The notes beneath the pieces are model-generated. The model saw only the letters and a list, made by a program, of their open reading frames with translations. It had not been told where the DNA came from and made no database searches. 60,685 nucleotides of DNA, from the NCBI GenBank assembly GCA_041653055.1, contig JBAZGD010000004.1, positions 1 through 60,685 on the forward strand. Direction: 5' to 3'. The position numbers were made by a program, and so were the translations under genes. Shown here one piece after another: positions 9,249 through 17,355 of this stretch (the stretch's first letter is position 1; each line of letters starts with the position of its first letter). Source of the DNA: Candidatus Omnitrophota bacterium (GTDB lineage: Bacteria; Omnitrophota; Gorgyraeia; Gygaellales; Profunditerraquicolaceae).

Positions 9249-10031
9249 ATGAATATAATAGTTTGCATAAAACAGGTTCCCGAAACAACCGAGGTAAGGA
9301 TTAATCCGGAAACAAATACGCTTATGCGCGAAGGGGTAAAGTCTATCATTAATCCCTTTGATATGTATGCCATTGAAGAAGGGGTAAGGTTAAAGGAGCG
9401 TTTCGGCGGGAAGGTAAGTGTTGTCACCATGGGCCCTCCGCAGGCAGATGCTGCTTTGCGCGAGGCTATCTCCATGGGGGCTGATGAAGGGTTTTTGGTT
9501 TGTGACCGCGCCTTTGCCGGTTCAGATACATGGGCTACGAGTTATACCTTGGCCGGGGCAATCAAAAAGGTAGGAGCGTTCGATATTATTATCTGCGGCA
9601 AGCAGGCCTCTGACGGAGACACGGCACAGGTGGGCCCGGGGATCTCGACGCATTTGAATATACCCCAGGTAACTTATGTAAAGAAGGTTGAAGAGGCTAC
9701 TGATAAAATGATGCGGCTTGAGCGTATGCTTGAAGAAGGATATGAGGTCATTGAGACTTCCTTGCCGGTGCTCTTAACCGTGGTTAAAGAGATTAACGAG
9801 CCCAGGATCCCTTCTTTGAAGGGATTAATGCGGGCAAAATCTGCCAAGATTACAATACTCACCCAAAAGGAGCTCGATTTAGACCCGCAGCAGATTGGGC
9901 TATGCGGATCTCCGACGCAAGTGGTAAAGATTTTTACCCCTCCCCAGAGGCAGGGCGGGCAGGTGCTTAAAGGAGAGATCCCCGATATTGCCGCTGAGTT
10001 AGTGGGGCTATTACGAAGCGAGGTAAATTAA
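9249..10031 (+). CDS. etfB: Electron transfer flavoprotein beta subunit
   Basis: CIKQVP, NPFD, DRAFAGSDTWATS, GKQASDGDTAQVGP, EINEPR motifs. Confidence 0.96.
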   Translation: MNIIVCIKQVPETTEVRINPETNTLMREGVKSIINPFDMYAIEEGVRLKERFGGKVSVVTMGPPQADAALREAISMGADEGFLVCDRAFAGSDTWATSYTLAGAIKKVGAFDIIICGKQASDGDTAQVGPGISTHLNIPQVTYVKKVEEATDKMMRLERMLEEGYEVIETSLPVLLTVVKEINEPRIPSLKGLMRAKSAKITILTQKELDLDPQQIGLCGSPTQVVKIFTPPQRQGGQVLKGEIPDIAAELVGLLRSEVN

Positions 10032-10033
10032 TC

Positions 10034-11233
10034 ATGTCGATACAGATTATTATAGAAAAATGCACCGGTTGTGCGCTTTGCGTTAAGGCCTGCCCTTTTG
10101 ACGCTATCCGCATCATGGACAAAAAGGCGGTTATTGATTTACATAAATGTACTCTTTGCGGCGCCTGTAAAGACGCCTGTAAGTTCAAGGCGGTTTTGCT
10201 TGAGAAGTCCCCGGCTAAATGCGATTTGCCGGATATAAAAGATTATAAAGGCATCTGGGTTTTCTTGGAGCAGAAAAACGGTAAGGTGCAGTCTGTATCC
10301 TATGAGTTATTGGGGAAAGCCCGGGAACTGGCTAAGAAATTAAACTGCCAGGTAAGCGGCGTCTTGATAGGCAATAAGATGGAGGATCAGCTTGATGAGC
10401 TTATCTTCTGCGGAGCGGATAATATTTACCTGGTAGAGGCGCCAGAGCTGGCTAATTTTCAGGATGAGCCTTATACGAATGTTTTAGTGGAGCTGGTCAG
10501 GAAATATAAGCCGGAGATATTTTTATGCGGGGCTACTAATATAGGAAGGTCGCTTATATCCCGCGTGGCAATTAACATCAAGGCAGGTTTAACTGCCGAT
10601 TGCACGGGTTTAGATATCGATTGCGATAAAAAGATACTGCTTCAGACCAGGCCTGCCTTCGGCGGAAACATTATGGCTACGATTATATCGCCTAATTACC
10701 GTCCGCAAATGGCAACGGTGCGGCATAAGGTATTTGCCCCGATGGCCCCTGACAAGAAACGCAAGGGAAAGATTATAAGAGAAAGTTTTGAGAGCGCCTT
10801 GTATGTTTCGCGCACCAAGCTTCTGGATATAGTTGAAGAGATTGAATCTTTGGTAAATTTAGCTGAGGCGGATATAATTGTCTCCGGAGGCCGCGGTATG
10901 GGTGGGCCGGAGAATTTCAAGATGTTAGAGGAACTTGCCCATGTTTTAGGCGCGGCAGTGGGTTCTTCGCGCGCTGCGGTTGATGCAGGATGGATGCCTT
11001 ATTCCCATCAGGTAGGCCAGACCGGACGGACTGTTGCCCCGAAGATTTATTTTGCCTGCGGCATATCCGGGCAGATTCAGCATCTTGTGGGAATGCAGTC
11101 GTCAAAAATAATTGTCGCCATCAATAAAGACCCCGAGGCTCCTATATTTAAGGTAGCTACCTACGGAATAGTCGGGGATCTCTTTCAGATAGTTCCAGCC
11201 CTCACCGGTAAATTCAAAGAATCCCTCAAATAA
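10034..11233 (+). CDS. etfA: Electron transfer flavoprotein alpha subunit with N-terminal 2x[4Fe-4S] ferredoxin domain
   Basis: CTGCALCVKACP and CTLCGACKDAC; RPAFGGN, QVGQTG, ISGQIQH, INKD. Confidence 0.96.
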   Translation: MSIQIIIEKCTGCALCVKACPFDAIRIMDKKAVIDLHKCTLCGACKDACKFKAVLLEKSPAKCDLPDIKDYKGIWVFLEQKNGKVQSVSYELLGKARELAKKLNCQVSGVLIGNKMEDQLDELIFCGADNIYLVEAPELANFQDEPYTNVLVELVRKYKPEIFLCGATNIGRSLISRVAINIKAGLTADCTGLDIDCDKKILLQTRPAFGGNIMATIISPNYRPQMATVRHKVFAPMAPDKKRKGKIIRESFESALYVSRTKLLDIVEEIESLVNLAEADIIVSGGRGMGGPENFKMLEELAHVLGAAVGSSRAAVDAGWMPYSHQVGQTGRTVAPKIYFACGISGQIQHLVGMQSSKIIVAINKDPEAPIFKVATYGIVGDLFQIVPALTGKFKESLK

Positions 11234-11307
11234 TTAAATAGGGACAGCGCCCATAATTAAATAGGGACAGCGCCCATTTTTTCAAAAATGGGCGCTGTCC
11301 CTATTTA
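11231..11307. repeat. Family B: 23-bp tandem duplication followed by an inverted arm (doublet)
   Basis: TAATTAAATAGGGACAGCGCCCA at 11231-11253 and 11254-11276. 11258-11281 is the exact reverse complement of 11284-11307. Confidence 0.93.
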
Positions 11308-11383
11308 TCCAAGAAGGATTGCATCTTTTATCGCTAGAATAGGCTGTTTAGCATTAGAATGTCAAAGAATGTAAAGATTTTCC

Positions 11384-11412
11384 TTGACAAAATTCGGTTT
11401 ATATCTTATATT
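11384..11412 (+). promoter_or_regulatory. Sigma70-type promoter for the HTH-smc operon
   Basis: TTGACA-N17-TATATT. Confidence 0.72.
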
Positions 11413-11452
11413 ATTACCAGTTGATAGTTGTTTTTATTGAAAAGTGTTCGGA

Positions 11453-11477
11453 GAGTGTCCCTTTGGGGAGCGTCCCC
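11453..11477. repeat. Family C solo arm in the predicted 5' UTR of the HTH gene
   Basis: GAGTGTCCCTTTGGGGAGCGTCCCC is the exact reverse complement of 700-724. Confidence 0.9.
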
Positions 11478-11486
11478 CAGGAATTT

Positions 11487-11669
11487 ATGATGATGAATAG
11501 CGGGTTGATGACAATTGAGGATTTAGCGGATTATTTAAAGGTTACCCGCCGCACAATTTATGATTGGGTTAAGCGTAATAAAATCCCGGCGGTTAAGCTT
11601 GTGGGGCAATGGCGTTTTAAAAAAGATAAAATTGATGCCTGGTTAGAGGGGCAATCGCAACCTCATTAA
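11487..11669 (+). CDS. Small excisionase-like/BldC-like helix-turn-helix DNA-binding protein (HTH_17); start at one of ATG 11487/11490/11493
   Basis: MTIEDLADYLKVTRRTIYDWV...IPAVKLVGQWRFKKDKIDAWL. The longer ORF from 11421 would run through the promoter-proximal repeat. Confidence 0.88.
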   Translation: MMMNSGLMTIEDLADYLKVTRRTIYDWVKRNKIPAVKLVGQWRFKKDKIDAWLEGQSQPH

Positions 11670-11680
11670 GGGGGGAGAAT

Positions 11681-14600
11681 ATGTATTTTAAAAGATTAGA
11701 GCTGTCAGGATTTAAGTCGTTTTCCGAGAAGACCACGCTTCATTTTGAGCCCGGAATTACCGCTGTTGTAGGCCCTAACGGCTGCGGGAAATCAAATATA
11801 TTTGATAGTATCCGCTGGGTATTAGGCGAGCAGTCGGCAAAATCCCTGCGCGGGTCAGAGATGCTGGATGTTATTTTTAACGGAACGGACAAACACGACC
11901 CCTTAGGGATGGCTGAGGTTACCCTTGCCTTTGATAATAAGGCCCGTTTTTTTAACTTTGATAACGACGAAGTGGCTATTACGCGCAGGCTCTTCCGTTC
12001 GGGTGAAAGCGAGTATCTCCTGAACAAGAACCAGGTGAGGCTAAAGGATATACTCGACCTTTTGCTTGGCACCGGGATTGGCGCGGAGAGTTATTCTATA
12101 ATTGCCCAGGGCAAGATTGATTTAGTCTTAAGCTCCCGCCCTGAAGAAAGAAGAATGGTTTTTGACGAAGCCTCGGGGATTACAAAATATAAGGCCCAGA
12201 AAAGAGAGGCACTACGCAAACTTGAAGATACCGACCAGAATCTCCTGCGGGTCAATGATATCGTCACCGAGGTAAAGAGGCAAATCGGAAGCTTGGAGAG
12301 GCAGGCGAACAAGGCGCGCAGGTATAAGGAGGGTTTTGAAGAGCTTAAATCTAAAGAAGTATCCTATTGCGCCTTGGAGAAGAATACGCTGTTGGGAGAA
12401 AAAGAAGTTGTGATTAATAATTTAAAAGAACTGCAGGCAGCGCAAGAGGCCTTGCTTGTTACCATAAGTGAATTAGAGCTTAAGATAGCCTCGCGTAATT
12501 TCCAGCTGAAGCTCCTTGAAGAGAATATGCTTAATGCCAAAAATGAGCTGATGGGCCTTGAGAATGAAGTGGTGAGAAATAACGAGCGTATGAATTTTAA
12601 CCGCGAGAAGATCCAGGAGTTGAATGCCGCCAGGGAATACCTGAATGAGCAGGTAATCCATCTGGAGGCTAAGTTAAGGATCGAGGAGGATAAGCTTAAA
12701 AGCGTCAAAAGCGAGTATGACGGATTAAAGGGTTTAATTGAAGATAAGTCCAGGGATTTGGCTGAAAAGGATATCAAGATCTCAAGCCTTGCTTCAGGCA
12801 TTAAGCGTTCGCTTGAAAACATTTCAGGCTTCAAGAAAGAGATTGTGGACCTTGCCGGCAGGATAGCCCAGAGCAGGAATCAAATCTCGGAATTTAATTC
12901 CCAGGAGCAGGTTTTCCTGGCCCGTAAAAAGAGGCTTGAGATTGAGAAGGCAAAGATTTACGAGGAGAAGTCAATAACCGAGGAGAACCTTGCTAAGGTC
13001 ACCGGGGAGGTTAACGCGGCGCGCAATTCGGTCAATGAATGTATCCAGAGGATAGCCTCAGGCAAGTTAAGCCTTGAAGATGAGAACCGTTCCTTAAGCT
13101 CTATTAATACCGAGATTGAAGGATTGGAAAAACAGAAACTTGCCCTTGAGTCCCACAAGGCCTTTTTGGAAGAGCTTAAGGCAAAGTACCTGGATAAGGC
13201 CGAGACCGTAAATGCCCTGGTTTATCTGGATAAGCTTCCGGCGGATAAAACTAACGGGCTGGTCATACAGGTAAACAGCGCGGTTAATTTAGATGACGAA
13301 GATAAGGCTTATTTTGGGCCGGCAAATTTCAAGTTAACCGGAGAGGCAAAGCCCATAGAGCTGGATACCCATAATATTGAAGTGAAGATAGGGCGCATAG
13401 AGGAGGGTATGGGGACATTAAGAATCTCTAAGCAGGTTAAAGAGGCGCATATAGATGAAATAAACAAGGGGATTGTATCCTTGGGGGAGGAGTTGCGTTC
13501 TTTTGAGATTAACCTCGCTAATAAAGAGACCTCGCGCCAAACGGTATTGGAGCAGTTTAATAAGATCAGGGAGGAAGAGGATCTGATAGTTTTAGACCTA
13601 ACTGAGGTGCAGAAGGAATTGGGCGTGCTTGAGGGGAATATAAAAACTGCTCAGGCGCAGCTTGCGGATCTGAGCAATAGCCAGCGCATGAGCGAAGATT
13701 CCATATTGAGAGAGGAAGAGAATATTTCTTTAAATAGCAAGCTTAGGGAGGACCTTTTGGTGGTTATTACTCAGGTAAGGACCGAACTGGAGTCTTTGCA
13801 TAAACGTATAGTCTCTGATGAGGCTACCTTAAGGCTTTTAGAGGAGACTTTCTCGCATGACAAGGATAATTTTGATAATATCCAGAGGCAGATTCAGGAA
13901 TCCCTGAATAAAACAGGGTCAATGGAGTCAGAGATAAAGGAGTGCAAAGAAAGGCTGGCTGATTTTGAGAAGAGCATAGAAGAAAAGCGTGAGGCGCTAA
14001 AAGTAGCGGAGGCGCGTTATCAGGAGTTTTCTTCGGGGGCTGAGGATGTGGTTTTAAAGGTAGAAAAAGACAGGAAAGAGCTCGATAATTTGAAGAAGAG
14101 GCTGCATGAGCTTCAGATGCAGGATAAGGAGATAGAATATAAATACAATACCCTGAAAGAGAGGATGCTGCAGGCTTATAAAATTGACCTTGATGCGGTT
14201 GAGGTGCCTTCCGAAGAGATAGGCCGGCAGGCGCTTTTCGCAGAGATAGAGGCCTTAAAGGGCAAGCTGGATTCTTACGGGACGGTTAACCTGGTTGCGA
14301 TTGAGGAATATGACGAATTAAAGAAACGCTATGATTTCCTTATCCAGCAGCAGGCTGACCTTAGCCAGGCTAAGGACGCCTTGCACCAGGCGATATTAAA
14401 GATTAACCGCACCACAAAACAGATGTTTATGGAGACCTTTGAGAAGGTGCGGGTAGAGTTTCGTAATTACTTCCGCCTGCTTTTTAACGGAGGCGACGCG
14501 CAAGTTTATCTGGTGGATGAGAGCGATCCGCTAGAGTCGGGTATTGAAATTATCTGCCGTCCTCCGGGAAAGAAGCTGCAGAATGTGTTGCTTTTATCCG

Positions 14601-14911
14601 GCGGAGAGAAGTCCATGTCTGCGATTGCTTTGATCTTTGCCATTTTTAAGGTAAAGCCTTCGCCGTTCTGCATACTTGATGAGATTGACGCGGCCTTGGA
14701 TGAGGCTAATGTGGACAGGTTCGCCCGCGCGCTTACGGAGTTCTCGCAGAACTCCCAGTTTATAGTAATTACCCATAACAAGAAAACCATTATTAATGCC
14801 GATGTGATGTACGGGATTACTATGGAGCAATCGGGTATATCGAAGATAGTCTCGGTAAAATTCGCTAAGGAAAAGGATAAAGAACTGGAGGCGGTCTCCG
14901 GGGCTGTTTAG
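11681..14911 (+). CDS. smc: Chromosome segregation protein SMC with non-canonical short hinge
   Basis: Walker A GPNGCGKSN, signature LLSGGEKS, Walker B/D-loop CILDEIDAALD, ITH switch, long coiled coils. 1076 aa. Confidence 0.95.
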   Translation: MYFKRLELSGFKSFSEKTTLHFEPGITAVVGPNGCGKSNIFDSIRWVLGEQSAKSLRGSEMLDVIFNGTDKHDPLGMAEVTLAFDNKARFFNFDNDEVAITRRLFRSGESEYLLNKNQVRLKDILDLLLGTGIGAESYSIIAQGKIDLVLSSRPEERRMVFDEASGITKYKAQKREALRKLEDTDQNLLRVNDIVTEVKRQIGSLERQANKARRYKEGFEELKSKEVSYCALEKNTLLGEKEVVINNLKELQAAQEALLVTISELELKIASRNFQLKLLEENMLNAKNELMGLENEVVRNNERMNFNREKIQELNAAREYLNEQVIHLEAKLRIEEDKLKSVKSEYDGLKGLIEDKSRDLAEKDIKISSLASGIKRSLENISGFKKEIVDLAGRIAQSRNQISEFNSQEQVFLARKKRLEIEKAKIYEEKSITEENLAKVTGEVNAARNSVNECIQRIASGKLSLEDENRSLSSINTEIEGLEKQKLALESHKAFLEELKAKYLDKAETVNALVYLDKLPADKTNGLVIQVNSAVNLDDEDKAYFGPANFKLTGEAKPIELDTHNIEVKIGRIEEGMGTLRISKQVKEAHIDEINKGIVSLGEELRSFEINLANKETSRQTVLEQFNKIREEEDLIVLDLTEVQKELGVLEGNIKTAQAQLADLSNSQRMSEDSILREEENISLNSKLREDLLVVITQVRTELESLHKRIVSDEATLRLLEETFSHDKDNFDNIQRQIQESLNKTGSMESEIKECKERLADFEKSIEEKREALKVAEARYQEFSSGAEDVVLKVEKDRKELDNLKKRLHELQMQDKEIEYKYNTLKERMLQAYKIDLDAVEVPSEEIGRQALFAEIEALKGKLDSYGTVNLVAIEEYDELKKRYDFLIQQQADLSQAKDALHQAILKINRTTKQMFMETFEKVRVEFRNYFRLLFNGGDAQVYLVDESDPLESGIEIICRPPGKKLQNVLLLSGGEKSMSAIALIFAIFKVKPSPFCILDEIDAALDEANVDRFARALTEFSQNSQFIVITHNKKTIINADVMYGITMEQSGISKIVSVKFAKEKDKELEAVSGAV

Positions 14912-16080
14912 CAGCAGGTTTTATTGCGGCCTTTATTCTTGGCCTGATAAAGGAATTTGTCAGAGGCGGCAATGAGTTCTGCGGGGAGCAGGCCGTCTTC
15001 AGGGAAAGAGGCTATCCCCAAGCTTACGGTTAGTTTTTTATCGGGTAGAAGGTCTTCGTTGATAAAGGGGTATTTCTCGGTGTCCATTCTCAGGCGCTCA
15101 GCGATCATGAGCGCTTCTTTTTTGTCGGTTTGGGGGAGGATTATTGCGAATTCCTCTCCGCCATAACGGCAGACAAAGTCCATTTTACGGGACTGATTCT
15201 TAAGCAAGGTCGCCAGTTCTTTCAAAATTTTATCTCCGGCCTGATGCCCGGCAGCGTCGTTGTATACCTTGAAAGAATCTATATCAAGCATGATCAGGCT
15301 TAGCGGTTTTTGCCTTCCGCGTGATTTTTCAAGTTCAGTGTTGAGGAGAAACTGGAAATAGCCGTGGTTCCATAATTCCGTTAAGCTGTCCAGATGCGCG
15401 AGCATAACGGTTTTTTCGTAGAGCTGCGAGTTTTCAATTGCCAATCCTGCCTGGTTGGCGAGCATGGTGAGCATATGGATGTTATCTTTAGTAATCGGCT
15501 CGCGGTTGATAAAATTGTCAGCTACGATTATGCCGTTAATCTTATTCTTTGCCTTTAAGGGTATCAATACCAGCTCGTCACTCTTTAAAAGCTGGACTAT
15601 AGGGCTAGTTTTGTAATTTGGGATAGTCTCTTTGGTTAGATGCAGCGGCATTCCTTCCTGGGCTACCAGAGAGAGGAGGCTTTCGTTGGCATCGTGTGTT
15701 GAAAATCTTAAACGCTGTATCTGTTTGTTGAAGCCGGAATCGAAACCCTGTTCAGCCCGGTTTGTGTTTTTGTAGGCGTTTATCAGGTCGTCTAAATCCA
15801 TTTTCTCGCCTTCTATCAGCCCCCAGATGCGGTTTGCTTCCTCTCCCGTTTCAGGGCCTATGCCCATCTTGCCTTCAATTAATCCGTCTTTTTCGTTGAT
15901 CAAAAATAGAAGGGCGCGGTTAAACCCAAGGCCTATGTGCGCGGTTACTCCGGTAAGGATAATATATAGAATTTCATCCAGTTTTAAGGTGGTACGCATG
16001 GCATTGGAGATTTCATAGAGTATTTCCAGCTCCAATTTTGTGCGTTCGAGCTCGTTTTTAAGCTTAAGGAGTTCTTCCAT
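14908..16080 (-). CDS. GAF-domain diguanylate cyclase
   Basis: N-terminal coiled coil, GAF-like region (GLGFNRALLFL...GPETGEEANRIW), DIDSFKVYND, I-site RKMD and GGEEF. Confidence 0.93.
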   Translation of the reverse strand: MEELLKLKNELERTKLELEILYEISNAMRTTLKLDEILYIILTGVTAHIGLGFNRALLFLINEKDGLIEGKMGIGPETGEEANRIWGLIEGEKMDLDDLINAYKNTNRAEQGFDSGFNKQIQRLRFSTHDANESLLSLVAQEGMPLHLTKETIPNYKTSPIVQLLKSDELVLIPLKAKNKINGIIVADNFINREPITKDNIHMLTMLANQAGLAIENSQLYEKTVMLAHLDSLTELWNHGYFQFLLNTELEKSRGRQKPLSLIMLDIDSFKVYNDAAGHQAGDKILKELATLLKNQSRKMDFVCRYGGEEFAIILPQTDKKEALMIAERLRMDTEKYPFINEDLLPDKKLTVSLGIASFPEDGLLPAELIAASDKFLYQAKNKGRNKTCC

Positions 16081-16089
16081 AATGAGTTA

Positions 16090-16118
16090 AATCTACCATA
16101 CTTTTGAGGCCCTGTCAA
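16090..16118 (-). promoter_or_regulatory. Sigma70-type promoter for the GAF-GGDEF gene
   Basis: On the - strand: TTGACA (16118-16113), N17, TAGATT (16095-16090) with an extended TG; only 9 bp to the ATG. Confidence 0.62.
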
Positions 16119-16130
16119 GCAAGCGAGGTA

Positions 16131-16147
16131 TAAGGGGGACGGTTCTT
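16131..16147. repeat. Degenerate family A arm
   Basis: TAAGGGGGACGGTTCTT versus TAAAGGGGACGGTCCTA. Confidence 0.5.
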
Positions 16148-16267
16148 CGGGTTCTTACCCGCTTACCCGCAATATTTTATAAAAACCTCAAATTATCATT
16201 AAATTTAGGTTAGATTTAGGGCAGGGCTGCGTCTATTGTTTTAGAGGGGAAGGGGGTGAGTATTTAT

Positions 16268-16296
16268 TTGACACTCGTATTTAGGTAAGTTATAAT
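16268..16296 (+). promoter_or_regulatory. Consensus sigma70 promoter for recA
   Basis: TTGACA-N17-TATAAT; SD GGAGG before ATG 16330. Confidence 0.85.
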
Positions 16297-16329
16297 ATCT
16301 AATCTAAAACTAAAAAAGCGGAGGTTATA

Positions 16330-17355
16330 ATGGTTACCAGGGATAAAAAAGAAGAGTTGCAGCAGAATATTTCCGACCGGAGCAAGGCGCTGGAATTGGC
16401 CTTAGCCCAGATCGAAAAGCAGTTTGGAAAAGGTTCAATTATGAAGCTGGGTTCGCATGTTAAGGCTAACGTTGAGACTATACCTACGGGTGCCCTTACC
16501 CTGGATCTGGCTTTAGGGGTAGGCGGGCTTCCCCGCGGGAGAGTGGTGGAGATCTTCGGGCCTGAGGCAAGCGGAAAGACTACTTTAACCTTAACTGCCA
16601 TCAGGGAGATACAGAAAAAAGGCGGGGTTGCCGCTTTTATCGACGCAGAGCACGCCTTTGATTCTACCTATGCAAAGCTTATCGGAGTAAATTTAGACGA
16701 TCTTTTAATCTCCCAGCCTGATACTGGCGAACAGGCGCTTGAGATTGCCGAGACATTGGTGCGTTCCAATGCCGTGGACTTGGTGGTTGTGGACTCGGTG
16801 GCAGCCTTAACCCCCCGCGCGGAGATTGAAGGCGATATGGGAGATTCCCATATGGGCCTGCAGGCGCGCTTAATGAGCCAGGCTTTAAGAAAATTAACCG
16901 CCGCAATAAGCAAATCGCGCACCACATTAATTTTCATTAACCAGTTAAGAGAGAAGATCGGGGTTATGTTCGGCTCTCCCGAGACTACTCCCGGGGGACG
17001 GGCGCTTAAATTCTATTCCTCGGTAAGGCTGGATGTGCGCAGGATTGCTACCATAAAAGAAGCAGACAGGGTAATGGGCGGCCATGTTAGGGTAAGGGTG
17101 GTTAAGAATAAGGTTGCTCCGCCTTTTCGCGAGGCAGAATTTGATATCCTGCATAATGAAGGCATCAATAAGGTGGGTACAATTTTGGATGCCGGGGTTA
17201 CCCTTGAGGTAATCGCTAAATCCGGGACGTGGCTTTCCTTTAACGGCGAGAAGATCGGCCAGGGCAGGGATACCGCAATGAAGGCGCTTAAGGAAAACCA
17301 GAAGCTTTCAGATACAATTGAGAAAGAAATAAGGAAGAAGATCAGCGTTGCCTAA
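16330..17355 (+). CDS. recA: Recombinase RecA
   Basis: [42 protein letters not shown]. Confidence 0.99.
   Translation: MVTRDKKEELQQNISDRSKALELALAQIEKQFGKGSIMKLGSHVKANVETIPTGALTLDLALGVGGLPRGRVVEIFGPEASGKTTLTLTAIREIQKKGGVAAFIDAEHAFDSTYAKLIGVNLDDLLISQPDTGEQALEIAETLVRSNAVDLVVVDSVAALTPRAEIEGDMGDSHMGLQARLMSQALRKLTAAISKSRTTLIFINQLREKIGVMFGSPETTPGGRALKFYSSVRLDVRRIATIKEADRVMGGHVRVRVVKNKVAPPFREAEFDILHNEGINKVGTILDAGVTLEVIAKSGTWLSFNGEKIGQGRDTAMKALKENQKLSDTIEKEIRKKISVA

Noticed and set aside
8059-11281. Composite transposon carrying the acyl-CoA dehydrogenase-etfBA operon between inverted family B arms
   Set aside because: The arms face the opposite way to those around the RAYT gene and in the doublets, the right arm is already part of a local doublet, and no target duplication is seen.
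11231-11307. Possible CRISPR array from the 23-bp direct repeats
   Set aside because: Only two copies, no spacer between them, no cas genes, and the unit belongs to the dispersed GGGAC repeat family.
11421-11486. N-terminal extension of the HTH protein given by the ORF track
   Set aside because: It starts just after the -10 box and translates through the family C repeat; the domain begins at the Met cluster at 11487-11493.
11487-11669. Prophage or ICE excisionase marking an integrated element
   Set aside because: No integrase, att-like tRNA duplication or phage genes are nearby, and the flanks are core genes.
16154-16169. CTTACCCG tandem octamer in the GGDEF/recA intergenic region
   Set aside because: Only two copies and not seen elsewhere; too short to support a call.
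16260-16329. Known LexA boxes at recA (CTGT-N8-ACAG, GAAC-N4-GTTC, TGTTC-N4-GAACA)
   Set aside because: None of these consensus sequences is present around the promoter.
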